From the NCBI GenBank assembly GCA_031267755.1, contig JAIRYP010000002.1, positions 6,306 through 70,305 of the forward strand: 64,000 bases of DNA, written 5' to 3'. Both the position numbers and the translations under genes were made by a program. Every line of letters begins with the position of its first letter. The stretch's first letter is position 1. The notes beneath the pieces were generated by a model, which ran no database searches, had not been told where the DNA came from, and saw nothing but the letters and a program-made list of their open reading frames with translations. Origin of the DNA: Clostridiales bacterium. GTDB lineage: Bacteria > Bacillota > Clostridia > Monoglobales > JAIRYP01. Shown here piece after piece: positions 1 through 11,900 of this stretch.

Positions 1-236
1 ATTAAATTTGAACCATTGCCGATAACAAAAAAATTAATATTTTCGCTTTTAAGATATTCAAGCGTTAAAATAATTTTCTCAAAATTGTTTGGAGTTACGA
101 GAAAATCTGTGCATCCACCTAACCTAATAGTGGTATGATTTTTTAAGGGTTCGTCAAACAAAACACTTTCTTCACCTAAAATCTTTATTAAATTAATTAA
201 AATTTTATTTTTTTCAAAATCTTTATTCTTATTCAC
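1..236 (-). CDS. murB: UDP-N-acetylenolpyruvoylglucosamine reductase, 5' part (runs off window start)
   Basis: Not in the ORF track. Manual translation from GTG at 236 (GAGGT SD) gives ...DEPLKNHTTIRLGGCTDFLVTP...VIGNGSNL, the MurB N-terminal motifs. Confidence 0.9.
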   Translation of the reverse strand, partial: MNKNKDFEKNKILINLIKILGEESVLFDEPLKNHTTIRLGGCTDFLVTPNNFEKIILTLEYLKSENINFFVIGNGSNL

Positions 237-325
237 ACTACCTCAATTTATAAATACTAATTCTATAACATCTCAATGTTTTAAATATTTTTTTTAAGGA
301 AATATACAAAACATATATTTTAAAT

Positions 326-1282
326 TCAATTTTGTTTTCCCAAAAAAGCAGCACCAACAATTGCCGCCTTTTCTCTAAGGCACGAAATAGATAATTCTGT
401 TTGACGCACATCACAACTTCTAGTATACTTGTTTTCGTCTACATATTTTTTTAACGGTTTAAGCAAATACTCTCCTTGTTTACTAATGCCGCCGCTAATT
501 ATTAATTTTTCAGGTTGAAATATATTTACAATATTCGTAATTCCATCACCCAAATACCTTATGTATAACTCAACTATTTTTTGAGCTATGTCATCATGAA
601 GTTTTGCAGCTTCAAATATCATTGCTGCATCCATATTTTCTAAATTTTTATTACACATGTTCCAAACTAAACTGTTTTTATTTTTTTCTAATTTATCCTT
701 CGTAATTCTTATAAGACCGGTTGCCGAAGAATATGTCTCCCAACACCCCCTTCTTCCACATGTGCAAAGTCTACCGCCAGGATTAATTATCATATGTCCA
801 ATTTCAAGCGCAGCTCCATTTAACCCCGAATAAATTTTGCCATTTATTATCATGCCTCCACCGATTCCAGTGCCCAAAGTAATCGTAACAGAGCTTCCAG
901 TATTTTGTGCCCCTCCGCAAATAAATTCACCAAACGCTGCACAATTTGCATCATTCTCAAAAAAAACTGGTTTATTTATACATTTTTGTATTTCTTCTTT
1001 TATGGGGAAATTATCAAACATTACATTACACGAATAACTAACAATTCCCCTTTGATTATCCACAACTCCAGTCGTTCCAATCCCGATCCAACCTATACTT
1101 TCATGTTTTAAGTCACCCACAAATGATTCATGCGTAAGACAAACCAATATGTCTTTAATGATCTCCGAAAAATGCCTTTTTCTCTTTGTTTCAATCGTAT
1201 TTTCGCGTTTTATTTTTCCAAATTCATCGACTATACCTAACTTTATGTATGTTCCACCTAAATCTATTCCAATATAATGCAT
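326..1282 (-). CDS. ROK family sugar kinase (glucokinase)
   Basis: GIDLGGT, ENDANCAA, LGTGIGGG, EIGH and CTCGRRGCWE motifs. Confidence 0.92.
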   Translation of the reverse strand: MHYIGIDLGGTYIKLGIVDEFGKIKRENTIETKRKRHFSEIIKDILVCLTHESFVGDLKHESIGWIGIGTTGVVDNQRGIVSYSCNVMFDNFPIKEEIQKCINKPVFFENDANCAAFGEFICGGAQNTGSSVTITLGTGIGGGMIINGKIYSGLNGAALEIGHMIINPGGRLCTCGRRGCWETYSSATGLIRITKDKLEKNKNSLVWNMCNKNLENMDAAMIFEAAKLHDDIAQKIVELYIRYLGDGITNIVNIFQPEKLIISGGISKQGEYLLKPLKKYVDENKYTRSCDVRQTELSISCLREKAAIVGAAFLGKQN

Positions 1283-1355
1283 AAAACACCCAAAAATATT
1301 TTGTTATTATTTTTAATTTTAAAATTTTCGGACAAAGTCTCAAAAATACAAATTA

Positions 1356-2087
1356 TTAAAAATCAATTTTTTTAAAGTGCAATTCTTCCAAATAATTTAT
1401 AAACTTTTCGGCCGTTATATTCATAACCAACTCTTCATCAAAATCAATTTCCTTAAGCATTTCAATTGCATCACCAAATTCTCCAACTTGCCAACAACTG
1501 TGAGCATCGGAACTAACAACAATTTTAGTACCAATTTTTTTACACATTTTAGCAATTTCCAAACAAAATTTTCTTGAACCGTTTCTTACAACAAAAGAAT
1601 TGTTATTTATTTCAATGCATTTATTATACTTTTTGGCCATCATAATAACAGGTTCAATTTCAAATATAAATCTTGGATCACCACTATGTCCACATATATC
1701 AACCATTGGATTTCTGACCACATTTAACCACGCCTCGGTATGATCACGCATGGTTTTTGGCTTGTAAAGAGGCTCATGAAAAGACGCAACAACAACTTCA
1801 GGCTTAAAATGATTTACAAAATCTTTTTCGCAAACATCCAAAATCCCACCATCTAACACATCAACTTCAATTCCAGACAATATTTTAATTCCATTTACTT
1901 TTTTTGGCAACCAAGCCATTGAATAAAAATGCCACATATGAGCACCATCTACCATGTTTGGCGCATGATCAGTCATAACAATCATCTCAAGGCCTTTTTC
2001 TTTTGCTATATCCAAGTTTTCTTTTAATGTGCTGTAAGCATGTGCACTAACACATGTGTGTGTATGAGTATCAACCAAAACTTTCAT
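1356..2087 (-). CDS. PHP-domain phosphatase (YcdX-like)
   Basis: DTHTHT, HAYST, TDH, EINN and SSDAH motifs. Confidence 0.88.
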   Translation of the reverse strand: MKVLVDTHTHTCVSAHAYSTLKENLDIAKEKGLEMIVMTDHAPNMVDGAHMWHFYSMAWLPKKVNGIKILSGIEVDVLDGGILDVCEKDFVNHFKPEVVVASFHEPLYKPKTMRDHTEAWLNVVRNPMVDICGHSGDPRFIFEIEPVIMMAKKYNKCIEINNNSFVVRNGSRKFCLEIAKMCKKIGTKIVVSSDAHSCWQVGEFGDAIEMLKEIDFDEELVMNITAEKFINYLEELHFKKIDF

Positions 2088-2128
2088 TTAATCACCAAAT
2101 TTCTAAAATTCATTTCAAAACAAATAAT

Positions 2129-3052
2129 TCATCGTGAATCTTTTTCCACAAATCTTTCGCTTAGCATCTCAGCAGAATTATAACCCATTCTTCTTAATTT
2201 GTTATTCATGGCTGCAATTTCAAAAATAACAGCCAAGTTTCGACCAGGACTTACTGGTATTTTAAGCATTGGTATTTTAACGCCCAGTATTTCAGTATAT
2301 TCTGTCACAATGCCAAGCCTCTCGTACGCGTTTCCTTCCTTCCAATATTCGAGCTGAATTACCATATCAATTTTTTCACTATCCTTAGTTGAACCAACTC
2401 CAAAAACTTTTTCAATGTTTACAATACCAATTCCTCTAAGCTCTATGAAATGTTTGAGCGAATCTGGAGAAGCACCAACAATAGTGGTTGCCGAAACCTT
2501 TTTTAAATCTACCGCATCATCTGCAATTAAACGATGCCCTCTTTTTATAAGCTCTACAGCAGTCTCGGTTTTTCCAATTCCGCTCTCTCCCATAATCAAT
2601 ATGCCCTCACCACAAATTTCAACCAAAACACCATGTCTTCGAATTTTGGGCACAAGTTCTGTGTTTAAATAAATAATTAGATCACTCATGAATTTACAAG
2701 TTGGAATACTGGTTCTAAGCAAAGGTATTTCATATTTTTCAGCCACCAAAAATACTTCTGGAAAAACATCTATACTTCTGGCAAAAATCGCACAAGGTAT
2801 TTTAGTAGAAAATAATTTTTCAAAAATTTTTTTTCTGTTTTCGGAACTAACGCCATATAAAAAAATATTTTCAACCATTCCAAAAAGCTGAATTCTGCTA
2901 TTATCAAAAAATTCAAAATAACCTGTAATCTCGAGACCGGGCCTATTTACATCAGAAGTCTCAATTAGCAGCTCTTTTTCCGGACAGTATAAAATCTCAA
3001 GATTCATTCTATCAATCATTTCAGTAAGCTTAACTGAAAACTTTTGGCTCAA
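2129..3052 (-). CDS. hprK: HPr kinase/phosphorylase
   Basis: NRPGLE, HGVLV, GESGIGKTE and GHRLIADD motifs. Start moved to TTG at 3052 (GGAAGTGA upstream). Confidence 0.95.
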   Translation of the reverse strand: MSQKFSVKLTEMIDRMNLEILYCPEKELLIETSDVNRPGLEITGYFEFFDNSRIQLFGMVENIFLYGVSSENRKKIFEKLFSTKIPCAIFARSIDVFPEVFLVAEKYEIPLLRTSIPTCKFMSDLIIYLNTELVPKIRRHGVLVEICGEGILIMGESGIGKTETAVELIKRGHRLIADDAVDLKKVSATTIVGASPDSLKHFIELRGIGIVNIEKVFGVGSTKDSEKIDMVIQLEYWKEGNAYERLGIVTEYTEILGVKIPMLKIPVSPGRNLAVIFEIAAMNNKLRRMGYNSAEMLSERFVEKDSR

Positions 3053-3173
3053 CCCAATTATCACTTCCATTAAAAAATACTTAAAAAACAATATATAAAA
3101 TATTGCAAAACATTATGTCTAAAAAATATAATAAAAATTAAAAGTAAAACATTTTTAAGATCAAACTATATTT

Positions 3174-4166
3174 TTAAACATTTTGAGCCTGAACAGCACT
3201 AATTGCAATCACTCCAACTATATCTTCAATATTACTACCACGCGACAAATCATTTATTGGTTTTGCGAGCCCCTGCGTAATTGGTCCATATGCTTTAGCA
3301 TCACAAAACCTTTGAACAAGTTTATAACCAATATTTCCTGAATCTAAATTTGGAAATATTAAAACGTTTGCTTCACCTTTAATCGGACTTTTTGGAGCCT
3401 TAGACTCACAAATTTCAGGAACTATTGCCGAATCTAATTGAAGTTCTCCATCAATTATCAAACTAGGATCCTTTTTTTTTGCAATATTTGTAGCATTTAT
3501 AACTTTTTCAACACACTCCCCCCGTGCACTTCCATGAGTAGAATATGAAAGTAGAGCAATCTTTGGCTCAGTTTCAATAAATTCTCTAAAAGACTTCGCA
3601 GAAGAAATTGCAATTTCAGCTAACTGCTCTTCGTTTGGGCAAGCGTTTACTCCACAATCAGCAAATATTATCACACCATTTTCACCAATTCTCTTGTTTG
3701 AAACAACCATAACAAAAAAAGATGAAGCAAAGGTAACATTTGGTGCAGTTCTAACTATTTTAAAGGCGGCTCTTAAAACATTAGTCGTAGAATTTACGGC
3801 ACCAGCAACCATTGCATCAGCTTCTCCACATTCAACAAGCGCAGCAGAAAGATTTAAATCATCTTTCATAAGCTCCTCTGATTTTTCAAGAGTAATACCC
3901 ATTTTCCCTTTTGATTCGTGTAATTTTTTTGCTATTTTTTTACGAAATTTATCATTCGGTTCAATTATTTTTAACGAATCTGAATTAAAACCTTTAAGCA
4001 AACCTTTGATCTCTTGTTCATCACCAAACAGCGTTAAATTTGCAATTTCTTCCTCCAAAACTTTTTTTGAAGCTTCAATTATTCTTTTATCTTTTGACTC
4101 GGGTAAAATTATATTTTTCTTTTCGTTCTTAGCCCTATTCTTAATTTTTGACAAAAAATCTTCCAA
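3174..4166 (-). CDS. pta: phosphate acetyltransferase
   Basis: FADCG, LLSYST, DGELQLDSA, GNIGYK and NDLSRG motifs. AAAGGAGG SD with TTG start. Confidence 0.95.
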   Translation of the reverse strand: MEDFLSKIKNRAKNEKKNIILPESKDKRIIEASKKVLEEEIANLTLFGDEQEIKGLLKGFNSDSLKIIEPNDKFRKKIAKKLHESKGKMGITLEKSEELMKDDLNLSAALVECGEADAMVAGAVNSTTNVLRAAFKIVRTAPNVTFASSFFVMVVSNKRIGENGVIIFADCGVNACPNEEQLAEIAISSAKSFREFIETEPKIALLSYSTHGSARGECVEKVINATNIAKKKDPSLIIDGELQLDSAIVPEICESKAPKSPIKGEANVLIFPNLDSGNIGYKLVQRFCDAKAYGPITQGLAKPINDLSRGSNIEDIVGVIAISAVQAQNV

Positions 4167-4398
4167 ATAAATTTTCCTCCTTTAGTAAAAATAGAAATAT
4201 ATTCCATTTATATCATATTTTGCAACAAAAACGAAAAAATTTAAAATCTTGGTTTTTTAAAAATTTTTATGTAATTTTTACAAAATTTAGACATAAAAAA
4301 TCTTTTTGAAAATGGCGTAACATAAAAATTAAAACACAATTAAATTTAATTTTTAAGAACGCCAACCGATTTAAATAATTATTAATGTCACAAAAACT

Positions 4399-4554
4399 TC
4401 AAAAATTCATACTCTTTGCTAAATTCTTTATAAGCTTCTTAGTTTTTTTGCTCAAATTACAAACAGTTTTATCATCCAAACAACAATTAGCACCAATTCC
4501 AACGCTTATACCAATTAACGCCCCTGTAAAAAAACCAGCAATAAAATATTTCAT
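4399..4554 (-). CDS. small 51-aa membrane-anchored protein, YtxH-like
   Basis: Not in the ORF track. AAGGGGAGG SD, then ATG: MKYFIAGFFTGALIGISVGIGANCCLDDKTVCNLSKKTKKLIKNLAKSMNF. Gly-rich N-terminal helix followed by a basic helix. Confidence 0.7.
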   Translation of the reverse strand: MKYFIAGFFTGALIGISVGIGANCCLDDKTVCNLSKKTKKLIKNLAKSMNF

Positions 4555-4784
4555 AAATATCGCGCCTCCCCTTTTTTGCGTAATTTAAATTTTGAATTAC
4601 TTTTTTATTATTATCTTTTTGCTAGATTTTATTAAAATTTGTAATAATTTCAAATTAACTAAATTTTATTTCAAATTAAAATTATAAATTTTAATTTTAT
4701 TAGCAAAAAAAATTTCTTCTAATATATTATGTAATAAATAATTTTAATTATAAAAACATTTTAAGTTTTGGAGGCAGTCTCAAA

Positions 4785-5999
4785 ATGCCCGACATAATTG
4801 TTAAAAAATTTGGTGGAACTTCGGTTTCAAATCCTGAAAAAATTGAAAAAGTTGCAAATATTATAATTTCTTCATACAAAAATAATAAAAATATCGTTGG
4901 CGTAGTTTCAGCTCAAGGCAACACAACTGACGTTCTTATTGATAAAGCCTATGAAATTAACAGTTCACCATCTACCCGAGAAATGGATGTTTTATTGTCT
5001 TGCGGCGAACAAATTACAATATCTCTACTTACTATGGCAATTGAAAAAAAGGGATATGCGGCCGTATCTTTTACGGGTTGGCAAGCAGAAATTATTACAA
5101 ATTCAAATTTTGGAAATGCTCGTATACAAAAGATTAATACAGAAAAAATATATACGGAGTTAAACAAACGAAACATCGTAATAATTGCAGGCTTTCAAGG
5201 TATAAATGAATTTGGAGATATTACAACTTTAGGAAGGGGCGGAAGCGATACTACAGCAATCGCCTTGGCATGCGTTCTCAAAGCTAAAAAATGTGAAATA
5301 TACACCGACGTTTCAGGGGTTTTTACAGCAGATCCTAAGATTGTAAAAAACTCAAAAAAACTTTCTTCTATCAATTATGATGAAATGTTCGAAATGGCAA
5401 GTTTGGGCGCCGGAGTTTTGCATAACAGAAGCGTTGAAATGGCAAAAAAATACAATGTTGAACTCGAAGTCAAATCAAGTATTGAAAATATCGAAGGAAC
5501 AATAATAAAAAATGAAGATAAAAATTTAGAAAAAATGCTTATAACGGGAGTCACAAAAGATTCGGATATTGCTAAAATATCTCTAATTGGTCTTGAAAAT
5601 AAACGAGGAGCCGCATATAAAACATTTTCAAAACTTGCCAAAGAAGAAATAAATGTTGATATAATAATTCAAAACATGAATGAAAATGAAAAAAATATTT
5701 CATTTACAATTTCAAAAAATAATTTAGAAAAAAGTTTAAAAATATTGAATAAGAATAAAAATATTATAAAATTTAAAAATATTCTTTGCGACAAAAATTT
5801 AAGTAAAATTTCTATTGTTGGCACGGGAATGATAAGTAATCCAGGTGTTGCAAGCAAAATGTTTGAAGCCCTTCACGAAGAAAAAATTAATATACACTTG
5901 ATATCAACTTCCGAAATAAAAATTACTGTTTTGGTGGAATCAAAAGATGCAAAAAAGGCCATGCTTGCAATTCATAAAAAATTTTTTAATGAATTTTGA
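4785..5999 (+). CDS. lysC: aspartate kinase
   Basis: KKFGGTSV, VVSAQG, TLGRGGSD, YTDV and two C-terminal ACT domains. Confidence 0.93.
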   Translation: MPDIIVKKFGGTSVSNPEKIEKVANIIISSYKNNKNIVGVVSAQGNTTDVLIDKAYEINSSPSTREMDVLLSCGEQITISLLTMAIEKKGYAAVSFTGWQAEIITNSNFGNARIQKINTEKIYTELNKRNIVIIAGFQGINEFGDITTLGRGGSDTTAIALACVLKAKKCEIYTDVSGVFTADPKIVKNSKKLSSINYDEMFEMASLGAGVLHNRSVEMAKKYNVELEVKSSIENIEGTIIKNEDKNLEKMLITGVTKDSDIAKISLIGLENKRGAAYKTFSKLAKEEINVDIIIQNMNENEKNISFTISKNNLEKSLKILNKNKNIIKFKNILCDKNLSKISIVGTGMISNPGVASKMFEALHEEKINIHLISTSEIKITVLVESKDAKKAMLAIHKKFFNEF

Positions 6000-6174
6000 T
6001 GAAATAAAATTTTAGACTTGATTACAACTTTGTCTTTATGGCGCTTTCATTTGTTTAAAATTAATGTTACTCTATGGTGATAGATATACCGTTTTAAGTA
6101 AATTTTAAACACTTTATGAAAATTTCAAAAGAAAAAAATTCTATCTTGTTAAAGTTAAGGCGTGGAGGAATTTT

Positions 6175-6663
6175 ATGTATACAGAAGAGGTTAAAAAACG
6201 TTTTATAAATCCAAAAAACGTGGGCGAACTTAAAGATGCTAATGGAATAGGAGTGGTTGGTAATCCAAAATGTGGTGATATTATGAAAATATTTTTAAAA
6301 ATTGTTAATGGAATTATAGAAAACGCAAAATTTCAAACCTACGGCTGTGCTGCAGCAATAGCTTCAAGCGATGCAGTGATTGACGCGTTAAAAGGAAAAA
6401 CAATTGAGGAAGCAGAACATTTGACAAACGAAACAGTAATAAATATGCTAAATGGCTTACCGCCATCAAAGATACATTGTTCGGTTCTTGCCGAAAATGG
6501 CATTCATGCAGCAATTGATGATTACAAAAAAAATAGTGGTATAAAAATTAAAAAAGAAACCGAACACAAAAAAGAAATTTATAACACTAAAAAAAATACA
6601 GAATGTAACAATTGTTGTGGCTCCTGTGAGCTAAAAAAACTTCACAAAAACGAAAATGAATAG
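6175..6663 (+). CDS. iscU: Fe-S cluster scaffold IscU/NifU-like, with Cys-rich tail
   Basis: GNPKCGD, GCAAAIAS and KIHCSVL motifs. Confidence 0.9.
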   Translation: MYTEEVKKRFINPKNVGELKDANGIGVVGNPKCGDIMKIFLKIVNGIIENAKFQTYGCAAAIASSDAVIDALKGKTIEEAEHLTNETVINMLNGLPPSKIHCSVLAENGIHAAIDDYKKNSGIKIKKETEHKKEIYNTKKNTECNNCCGSCELKKLHKNENE

Positions 6664-6906
6664 TAGTTTTATTATTATTTTTTCCACAAAATATTCATAA
6701 TTTATGATCTTTAAGGTTTCAATCTTTTTCTTTTCATTTTTTCTATCAACATAATATTTTTTACAAAAAAATATAATTTTAAGTCAATTAATTAATTAAA
6801 CAAATGAATAATTACAAGAGCAAATGGCAAAATCTTTAATATAAACAATTTTAAAAAAATCAAAAACATTTCTTTAACGTTATTAGCCAAAATTGGAGGC
6901 AATGAT

Positions 6907-7572
6907 ATAAAATCCAAAAAATGGAACACTTATGAATTAACATGGATAGCGGTCTTCTCAATTATTGCAATATTTATAAAATTTTATTTCAAAAAATCAT
7001 TTTTGGATTTTTCTACATCAATGACTGGAGCTTTTTGCGTTATACTTACAGCCAAAGGAAGTGTATGGAACTTTCCGTTTGGTATATATAGTTCCATTGC
7101 ATATGCTTGTTTATCATTTAAAAATCATCTATATGCAGAAACTGCATCATGCATTTTATTATCTGTTCCAGCAACAGTTATAAGTTTTTTTGCTTGGAAA
7201 AAACACTCTCAAAATTCAACAGTTGAAATGAAAAAATTAAGTGTAAAAAAAATTGTATATTTAATTTTGACAAGTGTTATAATTACCTTTTTTGTTGGAA
7301 CATTTTTATCTAAAATTAAAAACCAAAACAATCCTTTCTTAGATGGCTCAACAGTTATAATATCAAATATAGCAAGAGTTTTAAAAATTCTTCGATTCCG
7401 AGAGCAATGGATTGCATATACTGTTTTGAATATAACGACTGTGGTAAAATGGACTTTTAGACTAAAAGCAAACAGTAAAGAAGCATCAATGATGATTCTT
7501 ATGTGGGGAGCATATTTTATAAATTCGATCTATGCGTTTTTCGTTTGGACTAAAGGAGCAGACAAAAAATAA
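6907..7572 (+). CDS. pnuC: PnuC-family nicotinamide riboside/vitamin transporter
   Basis: Multi-TM protein with AKG..WNF.FG, NPFLD and REQW motifs. The frame is open upstream of 7003 (KWNTYELTWIAVFS). The probable start is ATA 6907, 7 nt after GGAGG. Confidence 0.82.
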   Translation: MKSKKWNTYELTWIAVFSIIAIFIKFYFKKSFLDFSTSMTGAFCVILTAKGSVWNFPFGIYSSIAYACLSFKNHLYAETASCILLSVPATVISFFAWKKHSQNSTVEMKKLSVKKIVYLILTSVIITFFVGTFLSKIKNQNNPFLDGSTVIISNIARVLKILRFREQWIAYTVLNITTVVKWTFRLKANSKEASMMILMWGAYFINSIYAFFVWTKGADKK

Positions 7573-7766
7573 TAAAAAATAAAAACCAAATCCAATATTT
7601 TGATTTAATATTTATATAACTAATCCTTAAAGATACGACAGGTTAACCTACGATAAAATAATTTATTTAACAATCAAAATTGAAATATTTTTTAAATGCA
7701 TTATAATTTCGTTGTTCAATTCAAATAAAGCTTATTTATTTTAATTTTAAAAGGATGATGAAAAAT

Positions 7767-8045
7767 TTGCCAAATACTAAATCAGCAAAAAAAAGAGTAA
7801 AAATTATCAAAAAAAAAACATTAAGAAACAAAAAAATTAAATCAGAACTCAAAACTACAGTTAAACAACTCTTAACAAACATTAATGAAGAATCCGAAGA
7901 AGCAATTAATTTTTACAGGAAAACGATAAAAAAAATTGATCAGGCCGTTTCAAAAGGAATAATTCACAAAAATAATGCATCAAGAAAAAAGAGCAAATTA
8001 ACTTTAAAATTAAACTCACTATTAAAAAAATTAGAAACAGTATAA
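7767..8045 (+). CDS. rpsT: 30S ribosomal protein S20
   Basis: PNTKSAKKR...KGIIHKNNASRKKS; TTG start at 7767. Confidence 0.96.
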   Translation: MPNTKSAKKRVKIIKKKTLRNKKIKSELKTTVKQLLTNINEESEEAINFYRKTIKKIDQAVSKGIIHKNNASRKKSKLTLKLNSLLKKLETV

Positions 8046-8099
8046 AAATAATTGTGTTATATATTTGTTATATAAAATAAACTTGCGAGAATAAAAAAT

Positions 8100-8909
8100 A
8101 TGATTTCAGCAGATTTGCATGTTCACACAAATTTTTCAAGCGATTCAAACACCTCTGTGGAAATGCAAATTGAAAAAGCAGCGTCAATTGGTCTTCAAAC
8201 AATTTGCATAACCGACCATCAAGATTTTGATTATCCTTCGCGTATTCAAGGACCAGAATACCAATTAGATGTCAACAAATACTTTAAAAAAATGAACGAT
8301 ATGAAAAATATTTATAAAGAAAAAATTGAAGTTTTGACAGGTGTAGAGCTTGGGCTTATGCCAAATTTAAAAGAAAAAATACAAAACTTTACAAAAAAAT
8401 ATGATTTCGATTTTTTAATTGGTTCATCACATTTAGTAAATGGAAAAGATCCATATTTTAGAAGTTTCTATGAAAACAGAATTGAAAAAGAAGCGTATAA
8501 CGAATATTTTATTTCAATACTTGAAAATGTAAAAAAATTCGATGAGTACAACATTTATGGGCATTTAGATTATGTTGTTAGATACGGCCCAAATAAAAAT
8601 AAATTCTTCGAATTTAAAGATTATGCTGAAACAATTGAAGAAATTCTTAAAATAATTATATCAAAAGGAAAAGGTATTGAAATAAACACATCAGGATTAC
8701 TCAGAAGTCTTGGTTATCCCCATCCACATGGTGAAATTTTGAAAATGTATAAAAAATTAGGCGGTGAAATTATAACCATTGGAAGTGACGCTCACGTCTC
8801 TGAGAATATTGGCTTCGAATTTAATACTATTGAAAATTTATTGAAAAACTACGGTTTCAAATACTACGTAGTATTTAGAAAAAGAACGCCAACCTTTTAT
8901 AAAATATAA
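8100..8909 (+). CDS. histidinol-phosphatase HisJ-family PHP hydrolase
   Basis: DLHVHT, ITDH, GHLDY, EINTSG and GSDAH motifs. Confidence 0.85.
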   Translation: MISADLHVHTNFSSDSNTSVEMQIEKAASIGLQTICITDHQDFDYPSRIQGPEYQLDVNKYFKKMNDMKNIYKEKIEVLTGVELGLMPNLKEKIQNFTKKYDFDFLIGSSHLVNGKDPYFRSFYENRIEKEAYNEYFISILENVKKFDEYNIYGHLDYVVRYGPNKNKFFEFKDYAETIEEILKIIISKGKGIEINTSGLLRSLGYPHPHGEILKMYKKLGGEIITIGSDAHVSENIGFEFNTIENLLKNYGFKYYVVFRKRTPTFYKI

Positions 8910-8951
8910 AGTTTAACTTTAATTCAAAAACTTTCTTAAAAATTAATTTTG

Positions 8952-11900
8952 TTAAATCACTTTAAAAAGTTCTTTCCAAGCTCCTAGAAAACATTTTTTA
9001 TAGAAAATATCAATATTATTTATGTTCTTTTTTTTAAATAAAGAAATTTCTTTTTTAATAATAGAAATTTGATTTTTAACATATTTTTTAGTCCACCTTT
9101 TTTCTACATAAACATCTTGCTGAAGCTTATACATAGTAAAAATTATTGACTTTACAGTTTTTTTAACGTGTTCTTTGTCAAATCTTTTAATATCTATTCT
9201 ATGCAAAACCTTGGAGCGAGGCTGAACTCCAACTTCATAACCCATTTGCATAGCCTTAAATGAAAACACAATTTCTTCTCCACCTGAAAAATCATTTCCA
9301 ATTCGTCCATACGAAGTATCAAACCCACCAACTTGCAATGCAACACTTCTTCTCACAGCATAATTTGCACCAAACGGAAGCTCAAAATGTTGCGTAATCG
9401 CTTTGTACGTCGAATATTGAACCTTAAATTGACTCCATAAAGATTCAAAACCACGCTTTATAACTTCCGGTCTTGGAAAAGGCACGTCTAAAATAATCTG
9501 CCCACCAACCACTCCAGCATTTTCGTGATATTTAAAAGTCGAAAAAACCTCTTCGATAAGATGATAATCAGCCAATATATCATCGTCCAAAAATAACAAA
9601 AACTCACCCCTAGCCTTTCTTATCCCCTCGTTTCTGGCATAAGATAAACCCTCGGGCAACACAGTTATATATTTTATAAATCCTTCAAATTCAGAATATT
9701 TTAATTTAAAATATGCTGCAATTTCTTCTGCATCTGAACAAAGCGGAGAATTATCAACAATTATTATTTCATAATCTTTTTTGCTAAGCGATTGTCTTAC
9801 TACCGACCATACCGCATCACAAAGCTTGTCCTTTCTTTTATATGTGCAAATTATCACTGAAACTTTAAACTCATAAACAATATTTTTTATTTTTTCTTCG
9901 AAACAATTCTTCTCAATAAATTTTGCCCTTGAACTTAAAAATAAAAAAAATGTTTCAAAATCTTCAATATAGTAATTTTTTTTTAAACTAAAAAATTCAT
10001 AAAACTTATTTTCTTCAGTTACTGAAAAATTAAAAATTTTTTCTTCATTTTTTATATTTTTATTAACACTACTTTTATCACTAATTACAATTTTAGTCAA
10101 ACAATTAATTGCCTTATCATTAATTTGTTCATAATCACGATTCTTAAAATATATACAATGAACACTATTGCTTAATGTTTTTTTTAAAATTTGAAAATCC
10201 TTATAATTAATAATTATATCAAATCTTTTTTGAGCACTTTTTATAAATTCATCACAAATTTTATCTGTAGTGTTTTTCGCCAAAATTAGCCATATCGTGG
10301 GAGTAGAAAAAAAATTCTGATCATATTTAAATGTTGGTTTGTTTTGCTCAACAATATTTTTATTACAAAAAAATTTACACAATTTTAATTTAGTTTTTAA
10401 AAACTTAGAATGAAATAAACTGTTAATGTTTTCCAAATAGCAATATCTTTTAACAAAATTTTTAATCAAATCATAACCTGTAATAACATCTATTTGAGTT
10501 CTATACATAAAAATTCCGTAAGAAAAGCCAGATTCAACAAATTTGTTAATATTTGAACCAAGACATGAATTTATTAATTTTTCTTGTTTTCTTTTTTCAA
10601 TAACAAGAACGCCGCTGTACAAAATACCAACTTTATCTTCTTTTTCAAACTCTTTCACAAAAGATTCTATACAATTCTTATCCAAAATCATTCCTGGCTC
10701 AAACCACGTTACATATTCCCCTGTTAAATGAACATTATTTAAATCTGATAAATTTTTTCCTAATATAATTCTAGTATCCATTTTTTCATAAAAATCTACA
10801 TATTTTAAATTTTCTTCGAATAAATTTTCGAATAATAAAATTAACTCAAAATTTTCGTACGTTTGTTTTAATATACTTTCAATAGTTTCTCCTACATCGG
10901 TCCTAAAATCTATTTTTAATACAATTGAAACAAGTTTTTGCCCATGAAAGAAATTTATATCTTTAAATACTATATTTGATTTTAAGGTATTGTTTATAAA
11001 TTCAAATTTCGAATTTGAAATTAGCATTTTTTCTTTTGTTTTAATTTTTTTTCTTTCAAAAATTTCATTTAAAATTTTCCTTAACGATAAAAAAAAACCA
11101 ACACGCTTAAACTCCAAGGTTTCAAGCATAGATCTTATTAAATATATTCCAGTTCTTTTAAAAAATTTTTCAATTTTTGCCCCTGTTTTCCAAATATAAG
11201 TTTCTTTTGCATCAAGAGATGCTTGCTTAAATTGCATAGCTTCAAACTGAATTTGCATAATTGCATTTTTGTGCTCTTCAACTTCATCTTTTAAACAAAA
11301 CACCAAATTATCTTTTTCGGATAAAATTTTTGTTATGTTTTTTCTTAAGTTGGAAATAACTTCATTTTTTTTAAAAATATCATTATCAAGACAAATAATT
11401 CTATCAAAATTTTTATTGTTACTTTTTTCAAGAGTTAAACTTTCAAAATCTTTAAATTCAATATTTTCATAAATAATAAATAATTGATAACCATTCCAAT
11501 AACTATTAGAAAAATCTTTGCAATTAATTTCTTTATGATAGACCAAAAGAAAATTTTCAATTTTTAAAAAAAACGAATCATAAACAAAAGTATAAAAATG
11601 TTCATCAATTCTTTCAAACTCTCTAAAAGGAACAAGAATTATTAAATACTTCTTACAAAAAGGAATCAATTTTTTTACTATTTCTTGAGGATGTTCAAAA
11701 TGTTCTAAAACATTTGATAACAAAAAAACGTCATATTGTCTTTCTAAATTATTCATATCGGCACAAAAAAAATCACACTGCTTAAAATTTTTTTTTGCAT
11801 TTTTTATTGCTTCGTTTGAAAAATCACATCCTGAAACTTTTGAATTTTTAAATTTATTATCAAAAATGTATACGCCTTCACCTTCGGCGGAACCCAAATC

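Noticed and set aside
4385-4588. 67-aa + strand ORF in the track
   Set aside because: Shadow of the minus-strand 51-aa gene, which has the strong SD.
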